From Aggregatilinea sp. (GTDB taxonomy: Bacteria; Chloroflexota; Anaerolineae; Aggregatilineales; Aggregatilineaceae), in assembly GCF_036822615.1 (NCBI RefSeq), contig NZ_DAISHJ010000015.1, positions 7,658 to 71,657 on the forward strand: a stretch of 64,000 nt of DNA. The letters run 5' to 3'. The translations under genes were made by a program, and so were the position numbers. Positions 18,678-27,841 of the stretch are shown here, piece after piece (position 1 is the first letter of the stretch; the number at the start of each line of letters is the position of its first letter). Under the pieces are notes generated by a model. The model was not told where the DNA came from and made no database searches. It saw nothing but the letters and a program-made list of their open reading frames with translations.

Positions 18678-18730
18678 GCAGTGTTCTCCTATAGTTGTCG
18701 TAGCCATTAATCTAGTTCCGTGAAAGGTGA

Positions 18731-18740
18731 GACGTACGTC
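18731..18740. promoter_or_regulatory. Palindrome GACGTACGTC between lacI-family gene and binding-protein gene
   Basis: A perfect 10-bp palindrome with a central CG, about 54 nt upstream of the SBP start. The flanks (GTGA...AC) are only partly symmetric. Confidence 0.25.
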
Positions 18741-18752
18741 ACTTTTTAACCG

Positions 18753-19778
18753 CTAGTGCTGACTTCCTTTCCTTGAAGCACCACAGGTTTCACGAACGAT
18801 AAGCTCAGTGGGCAGAATTTCCTGGTGAGGTTCTTCCAGGCTGCCATCGAGGATGTTGATCAGGGTACGGGTGGCGACGCCGCCCAGGTCTTGAATCGGC
18901 TGGTGCACGGTGGTCAGCGCCGGGCTGGAAGTCGCCGCCGAGGGGATGTCGTCGAAGCCGACGATGCCGAGATCGTCCGGCACGCGCCGCCCGCTGTCCT
19001 GCGCGGCGCGCAGCGCGCCCAGCGCCATCACGTCGCTGGAGACGAATACCGCGTCAGCGCCACGGTCGATCAGGGTGAGCATAGCCTGATACCCCGCCGC
19101 TTCACCGTAGCCGCCCTCCACCACCAGCGCCGGATCGATGAGGCGGCCAGCGGCCTGCATCGCGTCGTAGTAGCCCGCCAGACGATCGCGCGCGGCCAGC
19201 AGCGTCTCAGGGCCGGTGATCATGCCGATGCGCTGCCAGTCGAGGTCGATCAGATGCAGCACGGCTTCACGCGCGCCGCCGAAGTTGTCGGTGTTGATGA
19301 AGTTGATGCCTTCCACCGGGGGCGGGCCGAGCAGCAGGAACGGGAAATGCGCCTGCGCCAGCCGCTTGACGATCGGGTCGTCGGCCAGGGACGAGATCAT
19401 GATCAGCCCGTCGAACTGGTCGTTGCTCAAGATGCGGTCGCAGAAGCGCTGTTCTTCCTCGGTGCTGGACCCCATCCACAGCATGACCGCGTAATCGGAC
19501 TGGCTGGCCTCCACCGTCACACCCTGGATCACGATCGGGTTGTACGGCTCGGTGAAGACGTCCACGATGGGTTGCGGGATGACCAGGCTCAGGATGCGGG
19601 TGCGCTGCGTGACCAGTGCGCGGGCGAGGTTGTTGGGGTGGTAGTTGTGCTGCTCGATGATCTTGAGCACGCGCTGCCGGGTGCTTTCTTTGACATCCGG
19701 ACGGTTGTTGAGCACGCGCGAGACGGTGGAACGGGACACCCCGGCCAGCCGGGCGATATCTTCGAGATCAAGGGTCAT
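18753..19778 (-). CDS. LacI-family transcriptional regulator
   Basis: MTLDLEDIARLAGVSRSTVSRVLNN is the HTH, followed by a periplasmic-binding-protein-like sugar-binding fold. Confidence 0.9.
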   Translation of the reverse strand: MTLDLEDIARLAGVSRSTVSRVLNNRPDVKESTRQRVLKIIEQHNYHPNNLARALVTQRTRILSLVIPQPIVDVFTEPYNPIVIQGVTVEASQSDYAVMLWMGSSTEEEQRFCDRILSNDQFDGLIMISSLADDPIVKRLAQAHFPFLLLGPPPVEGINFINTDNFGGAREAVLHLIDLDWQRIGMITGPETLLAARDRLAGYYDAMQAAGRLIDPALVVEGGYGEAAGYQAMLTLIDRGADAVFVSSDVMALGALRAAQDSGRRVPDDLGIVGFDDIPSAATSSPALTTVHQPIQDLGGVATRTLINILDGSLEEPHQEILPTELIVRETCGASRKGSQH

Positions 19779-19834
19779 GTCTAAATTCTCACAAAAGCTA
19801 GTTGCAACCAGAACACCGGGAAACGGGCTAATCA

Positions 19835-19869
19835 ATTTTCGGGATCGTTCCCGGGAGCGATCCCGAAAT
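19835..19869. promoter_or_regulatory. Long inverted repeat ATTTCGGGATCG-N11-CGATCCCGAAAT upstream of the LacI-family gene
   Basis: 12-bp perfect arms, about 57-91 nt upstream of the LacI start. Confidence 0.4.
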
Positions 19870-19965
19870 CAGAATACAACAGATTCGATCCGAATGTCAA
19901 TACCATTCAACCGGTTTTGAACCACCGTGCCGGAATGAGCTGGAAGCCTGCCGCAGAATCAAATC

Positions 19966-19995
19966 GGGCCGGAGCACTGTTGTGTGTTCCGGCCC
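19966..19995 (-). terminator. Terminator-like hairpin after the SDR gene
   Basis: GGGCCGGA-loop-TCCGGCCC followed on the minus strand by GATTTGATTCT. Confidence 0.5.
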
Positions 19996-20017
19996 GTGAA
20001 TGTATCGAACGAGGGGA

Positions 20018-21010
20018 TTAACCGGGATACCAGATCACGCGCGGATCGTCCGGCGCGCGCTGATAGTCCCACGCGGCGTCGATCAGGCGCGGCAGGTCGT
20101 AAACGGGCCGCCAGCCGAGCAGAAATTTGGCCTTCGTGTTATCGAGCCAGTTGGAATGATAGGGCGTGACGATATCCACCGAGGGCACGTCCCGCGTCTG
20201 CGCGAGGTAGTCCGCCACGGCGCGGTAGTTGACCGGCTCGTCCATGCAGATGTTGAACGTCTGCTGGCGCGCGGCGGGATGGTCGATGGCGATCAGGATC
20301 GCGTTGACCAGATCCTCGACGTGCACGAAGTTGCGCAGCACGGGCTGCCCATCGGGATCGAGCATGACGGGGATCGTGCCGGTGCGCACGTACTCGGCGG
20401 CGCGCTCCGGCCCGACGAGGTCGCACCAGCGCGGACCGCCGAACACGTCTTCCCCGAACGACAGTTGGTATTTGAAGTCGTCTTTTTCCATGATCCACGG
20501 CGCGCGCAGGCAGCAGCCGTTAAGGTCGACCTGCGTGTAATACTGCTCCAGCATGACCTCTTCGAGCACCTTCGACAGCGCGTAACAGCCGGGATAGGGC
20601 GTGTGCGGCTGCGCCTCCGTGACCGGGCCGGGATGCGCGTAGACGAAGTGGCCCACCGCCGCGTCGCCGCCGATCAGGATGAACTGCTCGAAGCTCGGGC
20701 TGGTGCGGGCCGCTTCCAGCAGCCAGAACAGCCCCTTGATCGCCACGTCCATAATCGTGTCGGGCGTTTCCTTGCTCGTGGCGAGGTGCAGCACGTGCGT
20801 CACGTCCTGCATGGCGAGATCGACCACGGCGCGATCCGCGATGGAGCCGCGCACGACTTCGAGGCGGTCCTCTGCGGGCAGCGTGCGGTTATGGCACAGG
20901 GCGCGCACGGTGAAGCGCTCGTAGGCCGGATCGTCCAGCAGGCGGCGGATGGCCGTTTGCCCGACCTTGCCCGTCGCGCCGGTGACGAGGATACGTTGGG
21001 TGCTGGTCAT
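20018..21010 (-). CDS. NAD-dependent epimerase/dehydratase-family SDR
   Basis: ILVTGATGKVGQ is the Rossmann motif and YALSK is the catalytic YxxxK. Confidence 0.85.
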   Translation of the reverse strand: MTSTQRILVTGATGKVGQTAIRRLLDDPAYERFTVRALCHNRTLPAEDRLEVVRGSIADRAVVDLAMQDVTHVLHLATSKETPDTIMDVAIKGLFWLLEAARTSPSFEQFILIGGDAAVGHFVYAHPGPVTEAQPHTPYPGCYALSKVLEEVMLEQYYTQVDLNGCCLRAPWIMEKDDFKYQLSFGEDVFGGPRWCDLVGPERAAEYVRTGTIPVMLDPDGQPVLRNFVHVEDLVNAILIAIDHPAARQQTFNICMDEPVNYRAVADYLAQTRDVPSVDIVTPYHSNWLDNTKAKFLLGWRPVYDLPRLIDAAWDYQRAPDDPRVIWYPG

Positions 21011-21042
21011 GAGTAGCCCCCTTTTGGGAAGAAGAAGAGGCA

Positions 21043-21067
21043 GGGCAGGTTACAAACCTGCCCCTAC
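21043..21067. repeat. GTAGGGGC-family hairpin
   Basis: GGGCAGGTTACAAACCTGCCCCTAC. Confidence 0.7.
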
Positions 21068-21113
21068 AACAGCGACTCTATGAACAACGCGAATATCGCA
21101 AACAGCGGATTCT

Positions 21114-21138
21114 GTAGGTGCGGGTTTCAAACCCACCC
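21114..21138. repeat. GTAGGGGC-family hairpin (diverged)
   Basis: GTAGGTGCGGGTTTCAAACCCACCC followed by TTTTTG. Confidence 0.6.
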
Positions 21139-21200
21139 TTTTTGCCTTTAGATGTCCGCGTTCAAAGACAAACCCGCGTCGCGCCATCCGCAAAATGGCC

Positions 21201-22316
<1,116 letters not shown>

Positions 22317-22323
22317 GCGGTTA

Positions 22324-23583
22324 TTACGCCTTTGCTGCGGGCCAGGGGACGACCGGCTCGCACGCCGTCGCCACTTCCACGAGGTCCTCGATGGTGCGCA
22401 GGCTTTCGCGCTCGAAGATCAGCGCCTGCCCGATGTTCAGTGCGAGGCTGGCCGCCACCGTGCGGTCGTGCACGTCCTCGATGCCGCGAATGTCCGCCAC
22501 GCCCGCCAGTCCGATCACGCGGCGCATCATCTTGCATGCGCCCAGCCCGGCGGCGTCGTGCAGCAGCCGCAGCATATAGTCTTCCTGGTAGCCCTGCGGC
22601 ATGTTGATCGGATCGACCTGATCCCACACGTGGCGCTGGAATTCGCGCGTGAACACGTGCCACAGGTCGATGATCGTGCCGGTCAGGTAGGCGCGGAAGT
22701 CGGCGCGGGCGTCGGGATCCGGCGTGCGGACCTCGTGCGCGGCGTAGTTCAGCAGCAGGTTGCCGATCACCGCGCCCAGGTCGAAGCCCATCGGCCCGTA
22801 GAAGGCGAATTCGGGATCGATCACATACGTTTCCTGCTGGTTGATCATGATCGAGCCGGTGTGCAGGTCACCGTGCACCAGCGCCTGCGCCTGCGTCATG
22901 AACTTCTCTTTCATCTTCGCCACTTCGACGCGCAGCGCCTCGTCCGCTTGCAGCGCGAGCACCTGCGGTTCGAGTTCGGCGTGATAGGCGTTGCGCTCAG
23001 TCTTGCGGTACGGCTCGGTGAAGACGAGGTCTTCTGTGATCTTGCACAGCTCGGGGTTGATGAAGCGTTTGACCATTTCCTTCTTGGTGCGGTAATCCAG
23101 CACCAGATCGGAGGTCATGCCGAGCGTCTTCGCCAGGAACAGCCCGATGTGCTCCGCGAAGTGCGGGTACTTGATGCCCTCGCTCAGTCCCTTGCGCATG
23201 ATGACGTGGTGATTCAGATTTTGCATGGCGAAGAGGTACATCTCGGCGTCGTAGAAGTACACTTTCGGCGTATGCTCCGGCACGAGGTCGTACTCGACCT
23301 TGAGCGCTTCCGCTTCGATGCGCGCGCGGTCCACGGGCAGCGGCCAGTCGCCGCCCACCAGCCGCAGATAGGGCAGCGCCTGCTTGATGATGACCGTGCG
23401 CTCAGGATCGGCTTTGGCCCACACCTTGAACACGAGGTTCAGGTTGCCATCGCCCACTTCGTCGGCGATCAGCTCGTCGTCCGCGCGGAAGACGGTGCTC
23501 AGTTCGGGCCGCTGCTTGACGTAGTCGAGGATTGTGGCGGAATCAAACGGGTGGTAATTCGGTGAAATCTCGTCGTTCATCAC
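22324..23583 (-). CDS. mtnK: S-methyl-5-thioribose kinase
   Basis: EVGDGNLNLVFKV is the MTR-kinase signature, and HGDLHTGSIM is the kinase catalytic loop. The start is either GTG 23583 or ATG 23580. Confidence 0.9.
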   Translation of the reverse strand: MMNDEISPNYHPFDSATILDYVKQRPELSTVFRADDELIADEVGDGNLNLVFKVWAKADPERTVIIKQALPYLRLVGGDWPLPVDRARIEAEALKVEYDLVPEHTPKVYFYDAEMYLFAMQNLNHHVIMRKGLSEGIKYPHFAEHIGLFLAKTLGMTSDLVLDYRTKKEMVKRFINPELCKITEDLVFTEPYRKTERNAYHAELEPQVLALQADEALRVEVAKMKEKFMTQAQALVHGDLHTGSIMINQQETYVIDPEFAFYGPMGFDLGAVIGNLLLNYAAHEVRTPDPDARADFRAYLTGTIIDLWHVFTREFQRHVWDQVDPINMPQGYQEDYMLRLLHDAAGLGACKMMRRVIGLAGVADIRGIEDVHDRTVAASLALNIGQALIFERESLRTIEDLVEVATACEPVVPWPAAKA

Positions 23584-23672
23584 CTTACAACAGCTCCTTA
23601 AACGATAGGGCGACCCCTCCGATCAACGCGGCGAGGTCGCGGGTCAAAACAATAAGTGGCCCATCCCGTGAT

Positions 23673-23700
23673 CGTGGGGGCGGTTGGAGGCGCCCCCACG
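23673..23700 (-). terminator. 10-bp perfect stem-loop between the ABC permease and mtnK (no U-run)
   Basis: CGTGGGGGCG-gttggagg-CGCCCCCACG. This may be an mRNA processing or stability element rather than a terminator. Confidence 0.35.
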
Positions 23701-23714
23701 TCAGTAAGTATGCT

Positions 23715-24746
23715 TTAGATCGTCTTATCGCGCTCGGCGCGGCCCGCGAAGACCGTGTTGACCATCAGCGCGCCCAGCAGCACCGCCCCGGTGATGAACT
23801 CTTTGAGGTAAATGTCGATGCTGGGGATGTTGTCCAGGCCGTTGCGCAGCGTGCCGTAAATCAGCAGGCCGATCAGCGTTTGCAGCATGCCGCCGCGCCC
23901 GCCCATCAGTGACGTACCGCCCAGGACGACGCCGCCGATGGTGTCCATCAGGAAGCTCTCGGTCGCGTCCGGTTGGGCGCTGTGCAGACGGCCCATGCTC
24001 ACGATGCCCGCCAGTCCCGCGAAGAAGCCGGAAATGGTCATCACCACGACCAGCACCATCGAGGTGTTTACCCCGGCCAGCCGCGCCGCGGGTTTGCTGG
24101 CGCCAGTCATGTAGACGTAGCGCCCGAAGCGTGTATACCTCAGGATGAAATACCCGACCGCGAGACACGCCAGCGCTACCAGCACGATCACCGGCAGGCC
24201 GTCCTTGCCGCCGATGCGGTGGCTGCCCAGGTACGCCGACCACTCGGACACGCTGGTGATCACGCGGCCCTTGCTGATGTACGTCACCAGCCCGGATGCG
24301 ATCAACTGCATGGCGAGTGTGGTCATAAACGTCGGAATGCGGAACCGCGCGCTGGTGAGGCCGCTGATCAGTCCGGCGATGGTGGCCGCGCCCACTCCGG
24401 CCAGCATCGGGATCGGCTCCTGGTAGTCCAGGTTGGCGAACAGATGCGCCGAGATCATGGCGGACAGCGCCGCGAGCGCCGCGATGCTCAGGTCGATTTC
24501 ACCCAAAAGCAGCACGAATGTCATGCCGCTGGCGAACACGCCCAGCGTAGACACCTGGATCAGAATGTTGCGCAGATTGACCGCACGCATGAAGCTGTCG
24601 GACGCGAGGCCGAAAAACACAAACAGCGCGATCAGCGTCCAGACCTGGGCCAGCGCCGTAAAACGCCGCATCCATACGGACGATCCTGAAAACGCCTTTA
24701 AGCGATCCAGCAGTGAGACTTTTGTCGGACTGGTTGCAGTGTTCAT
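23715..24746 (-). CDS. Sugar ABC transporter permease (RbsC/ribose-type)
   Basis: A 10-TM RbsC-like sequence whose start overlaps the upstream ATPase stop by 4 nt. Confidence 0.9.
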   Translation of the reverse strand: MNTATSPTKVSLLDRLKAFSGSSVWMRRFTALAQVWTLIALFVFFGLASDSFMRAVNLRNILIQVSTLGVFASGMTFVLLLGEIDLSIAALAALSAMISAHLFANLDYQEPIPMLAGVGAATIAGLISGLTSARFRIPTFMTTLAMQLIASGLVTYISKGRVITSVSEWSAYLGSHRIGGKDGLPVIVLVALACLAVGYFILRYTRFGRYVYMTGASKPAARLAGVNTSMVLVVVMTISGFFAGLAGIVSMGRLHSAQPDATESFLMDTIGGVVLGGTSLMGGRGGMLQTLIGLLIYGTLRNGLDNIPSIDIYLKEFITGAVLLGALMVNTVFAGRAERDKTI

Positions 24747-26221
24747 AGTAACCTCATCAAAGTATCTTTATCCAGGTTGCGGTTTTCCATCCGCGCGACG
24801 ATTTTTCCGTGCGACATCACGACGACCCGATCCGTGACCGCCAGGATCGTTTCCGGCTCCGACGAGACGACCAGCACCCCATACCCTTCGTCGCGGAACT
24901 GGCGCAGAATGGACATCACTTCGCTTTTTGCCCCAACGTCCATCCCGCGTGTCGGCTCGCTCATAATGAACACTTTGGGCGGGAAGGGCAGCCAGCGCGC
25001 GATGGCGACTTTTTGCTGGTTGCCGCCGCTCAGTTTGCCAACCGGGTTGACCGGATCGGGCGGCTGTACGTTCACCTTTTTGAGCGCGGGCACGGCGGCG
25101 GCAAGCTCCTGCCTCCGCTGCGGGATCACCCGCCCGATGCGCTCCAGGTGCGGCATGGTGACGTTGCGATAGATCGGCTCCAGCAGCAGGCTCTTGCGCC
25201 GGGATTCCGTCGCATAAGCCAGCCCATTGCGGATCGCGTAGCGTGCCGAGTGATTGCGTGGGAATGGTTTGCCTGCCAGTGTGATCGTGCCGCTGTCGAA
25301 CTTGTACAGCCCGAACAGCGCGCGCGCCAGGTCGAAGTGGCCCGCGCCGATGGCCCCGTAGAGGCCCACGATTTCGCCCTTGCCCACCGACAGGTCGATG
25401 TTGGTGAACACGTCAGCGTTCAGATCCTGCACTTGGAGCAGGTGTTCCGTCGGCTGGCTGATGCTGTCGGGCGTATGCAGAATCTGCCCGACCTCGCGCC
25501 CCAGGATCAGCGAGATCAGCTTGTCCATCGAGGCGTCTTTGCGTTCCAGCGTGGCGATCTTACTGCCGTTGCGCAGCACGGTAATCCGGTCCGCGACGCG
25601 CAGCACTTCTTCGAGGAAGTGCGAGATGTAAATGATGCTGCGTTTCTGCTGGCGCAGCGTATCGACCAGCCCCATCAACTGCTCGACTTCGGCAGGCGAC
25701 AGCGCCGAGGTCGGTTCGTCCATGATCAGCACGCGCGCGCCAGACATGATCGTACGCAGCACTTCCACGACCTGCTGTGTGCCCAGCGAGTACAGTTCCA
25801 GCGGCAGCGAGGGGTCGAGGTCGAAGCCCAGCGTATGAAGCTGTTCCTGCGCGACGCGGCGCATTTTTCCCCAGTCAATTGCGCCCAGACGGGTGACCGG
25901 CTGGCGGCCCAGGAACAGGTTTTCCGCCACAGACAGCGGCGGAATCGTGCTCAGCTCCTGGTGAATCATGCCGATCCCGTGTTCGAGCGCCGCCCCCGGC
26001 GTGTGGAGGTGGATCTCCTTGCCGTCGAGGGTATAGGTTCCCTCATAGTCGGTGTAGATGCCCGCGAGGATGCGCATCAGAGTGCTTTTGCCCGCGCCGT
26101 TTTCGCCGACCAGGGCGTGCACTTCGCCTTCCCGCAGGTCGAAATCGACATGATCGAGGGCCTGGATGGTGCGGAAGTTTTTGGAGATATTTTTGAGTTC
26201 AAGAATAGGTGTTTCGCTCAC
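24743..26221 (-). CDS. Sugar ABC transporter ATP-binding protein (RbsA-type, two fused ABC domains)
   Basis: Walker A GENGAGKST and two LSGG-type signatures (LSGGNQQKV). GTG start. Confidence 0.9.
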   Translation of the reverse strand: MSETPILELKNISKNFRTIQALDHVDFDLREGEVHALVGENGAGKSTLMRILAGIYTDYEGTYTLDGKEIHLHTPGAALEHGIGMIHQELSTIPPLSVAENLFLGRQPVTRLGAIDWGKMRRVAQEQLHTLGFDLDPSLPLELYSLGTQQVVEVLRTIMSGARVLIMDEPTSALSPAEVEQLMGLVDTLRQQKRSIIYISHFLEEVLRVADRITVLRNGSKIATLERKDASMDKLISLILGREVGQILHTPDSISQPTEHLLQVQDLNADVFTNIDLSVGKGEIVGLYGAIGAGHFDLARALFGLYKFDSGTITLAGKPFPRNHSARYAIRNGLAYATESRRKSLLLEPIYRNVTMPHLERIGRVIPQRRQELAAAVPALKKVNVQPPDPVNPVGKLSGGNQQKVAIARWLPFPPKVFIMSEPTRGMDVGAKSEVMSILRQFRDEGYGVLVVSSEPETILAVTDRVVVMSHGKIVARMENRNLDKDTLMRLL

Positions 26222-26455
26222 TGCACCACTCTTTCAACTCTTTATATAAATAAACACCAACTAGGATCGATGGCGCTAACGGTACAACTGGAATCCGGGA
26301 CCGAATCCCGCTGCCACTTGTGCCGTCCCACTCTGAAGGTGATTGCGGTGACTTCGTTACGAAGCGTGCTTGGGGGCGGCTGAAGTGGGTGTCGTATCTA
26401 TGCCCGTAGGCGGCGGCCAAAATCCATTCGGATGAAATAATGCCCGGGTACGCTT

Positions 26456-26492
26456 AAAAAAAGGAGGCGGCGGCCAGGCTGACCACCGCCTC
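26456..26492 (-). terminator. Rho-independent terminator directly after the binding-protein gene, inside the ABC operon
   Basis: On the minus strand, GAGGCGGTGG-loop-CCGCCGCCTC followed by CTTTTTTT. Confidence 0.7.
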
Positions 26493-26506
26493 GCGTTCGC
26501 TTAAAC

Positions 26507-27583
26507 TTAGAACAGGTACTGGGTCTCAGCCCACAGAATACCGTCTGTGGCGCTCAGGCCGTAGTTACGCAGCTTCCACGGCTCGTCCGCCAGATCGGGG
26601 TTCGAGTCGATGTCCGCGAAGATCGCCGGACCGTCCGCCAGAATGTAGAACGGCATTTCCGCCTTGGCCTGATCCAGGCCGACGGTGGCTGCCCACGCGC
26701 CCGCCAGGACTGCCCAACTGTGGATGCGGTTGGCCGAGTTGCGAGCGGTCGCCACCAGGCGGCCATCGCGCACGGCTTCCACCGCGGGCGGCATGGCGTC
26801 CACGCCACCGACGAGCACCTGGTCGCCCAGGCCCGCGTTCTCAACGATCTGCCGTGCGGCCAGCGCCATGTCGTCGTTGTCCGCGAAGATCGCCTTCAGA
26901 TCGGGGTGACGGTTGAGGACCGATTCGGTCAGGTCTGCCGCGCGGGTGACGTCCCAGTCGGCAGGCTGATCGTCCACGACTTCGATATCGGGGTACTTGT
27001 TCACGAGATTGAAGAAGCCCTGGCCGCGTGCCTGCGCGCCGGTGTGGCCCGGCTGGCCGCCGATGTGCGCGATCTTGCCCGCGCCTTCCATCTTGTCGAT
27101 CAGGCGCTGGACGACCGATTCCGCCATGAACACGTTATCGGGGGCGATGAAGGCCAGCACGCCCAGGTCCTGCAGGTCCTGGAGCGGAGCGATCAGCGTG
27201 TCCATGTCGATGACCGGCACGCCCGACTCCGTCAGGGTCTGGATCGGCTCGATCAACGTGCCAATCGCGCCCGGCTGGACGGCCACGAAGTCCCATTCCT
27301 GTGTCACGAGCTGGTCGAACTTGGCGCGCTGCGCCTGGGGGTCGAACTCACCGTCGAACCAGGTGATCTCGACACCGAGCAGCCCGGCCATCCACCGCGC
27401 CGCTTCTTCACCCTGAGCATTCCACGTCCCGGCCAGGCCTGCGCTGGACATAGCAGCCTTCAGCGGCTGATCCTGGGCATGTGCGCGACGATATTCGATG
27501 AAGGGAAGATAGTTTGCGAGGGCAAATCCAGAGCTTAAAACGAGGCTGTTCTTAAGAAAACTGCGCCGGTTCAGGGTGGACAT
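26507..27583 (-). CDS. Sugar ABC transporter substrate-binding protein (RbsB/periplasmic-binding-protein type I) with Tat-like signal
   Basis: MSTLNRRSFLKNSLVLSSGFALA is a twin-arginine-like signal peptide. A GAGGAG SD lies 7 nt upstream. Confidence 0.9.
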   Translation of the reverse strand: MSTLNRRSFLKNSLVLSSGFALANYLPFIEYRRAHAQDQPLKAAMSSAGLAGTWNAQGEEAARWMAGLLGVEITWFDGEFDPQAQRAKFDQLVTQEWDFVAVQPGAIGTLIEPIQTLTESGVPVIDMDTLIAPLQDLQDLGVLAFIAPDNVFMAESVVQRLIDKMEGAGKIAHIGGQPGHTGAQARGQGFFNLVNKYPDIEVVDDQPADWDVTRAADLTESVLNRHPDLKAIFADNDDMALAARQIVENAGLGDQVLVGGVDAMPPAVEAVRDGRLVATARNSANRIHSWAVLAGAWAATVGLDQAKAEMPFYILADGPAIFADIDSNPDLADEPWKLRNYGLSATDGILWAETQYLF

Positions 27584-27682
27584 TTTTCTGCTCCTCTATA
27601 ATTAAACATGAAGAATATTTCCGTGTGATGGTGTAACGCGCGCTGGCAAGTAATGTGTTCCATTAGCCGGTCTGCCGTCGCA

Positions 27683-27696
27683 TGTGAACGCTCACA
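27683..27696. promoter_or_regulatory. lac-operator-like palindrome TGTGAGCGTTCACA (minus strand) in the 5' leader
   Basis: It differs at 2 positions from the ideal symmetric TGTGAGCGCTCACA, and the flanking ATT/ATG extend the similarity. It lies about 20 nt downstream of the -10. Confidence 0.5.
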
Positions 27697-27714
27697 ATGT
27701 TACACATCAAATTC

Positions 27715-27743
27715 ATGATAGGCTGAATTAGGGGGGATGTCAA
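27715..27743 (-). promoter_or_regulatory. Sigma70-like promoter TTGACA-17 nt-TATCAT for the ribose-type ABC / mtnK-mtnA unit
   Basis: Hexamers read on the minus strand, about 130 nt upstream of the SBP ATG. Confidence 0.6.
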
Positions 27744-27784
27744 GAAACCGGGAACGCCCCTGACAGCGCCCTGAGATGGGCGTT
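27741..27784 (-). terminator. Terminator-like hairpin after the large sensor kinase
   Basis: AACGCCC...GGGCGTT followed on the minus strand by CCCGGTTTCTT. It overlaps the next promoter's -35. Confidence 0.4.
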
Positions 27785-27841
27785 GAGACGAGCTTCCGGT
27801 TGTCCGAGTTGATGTATTCGTATGCGCTACCGGGTGTGGCC

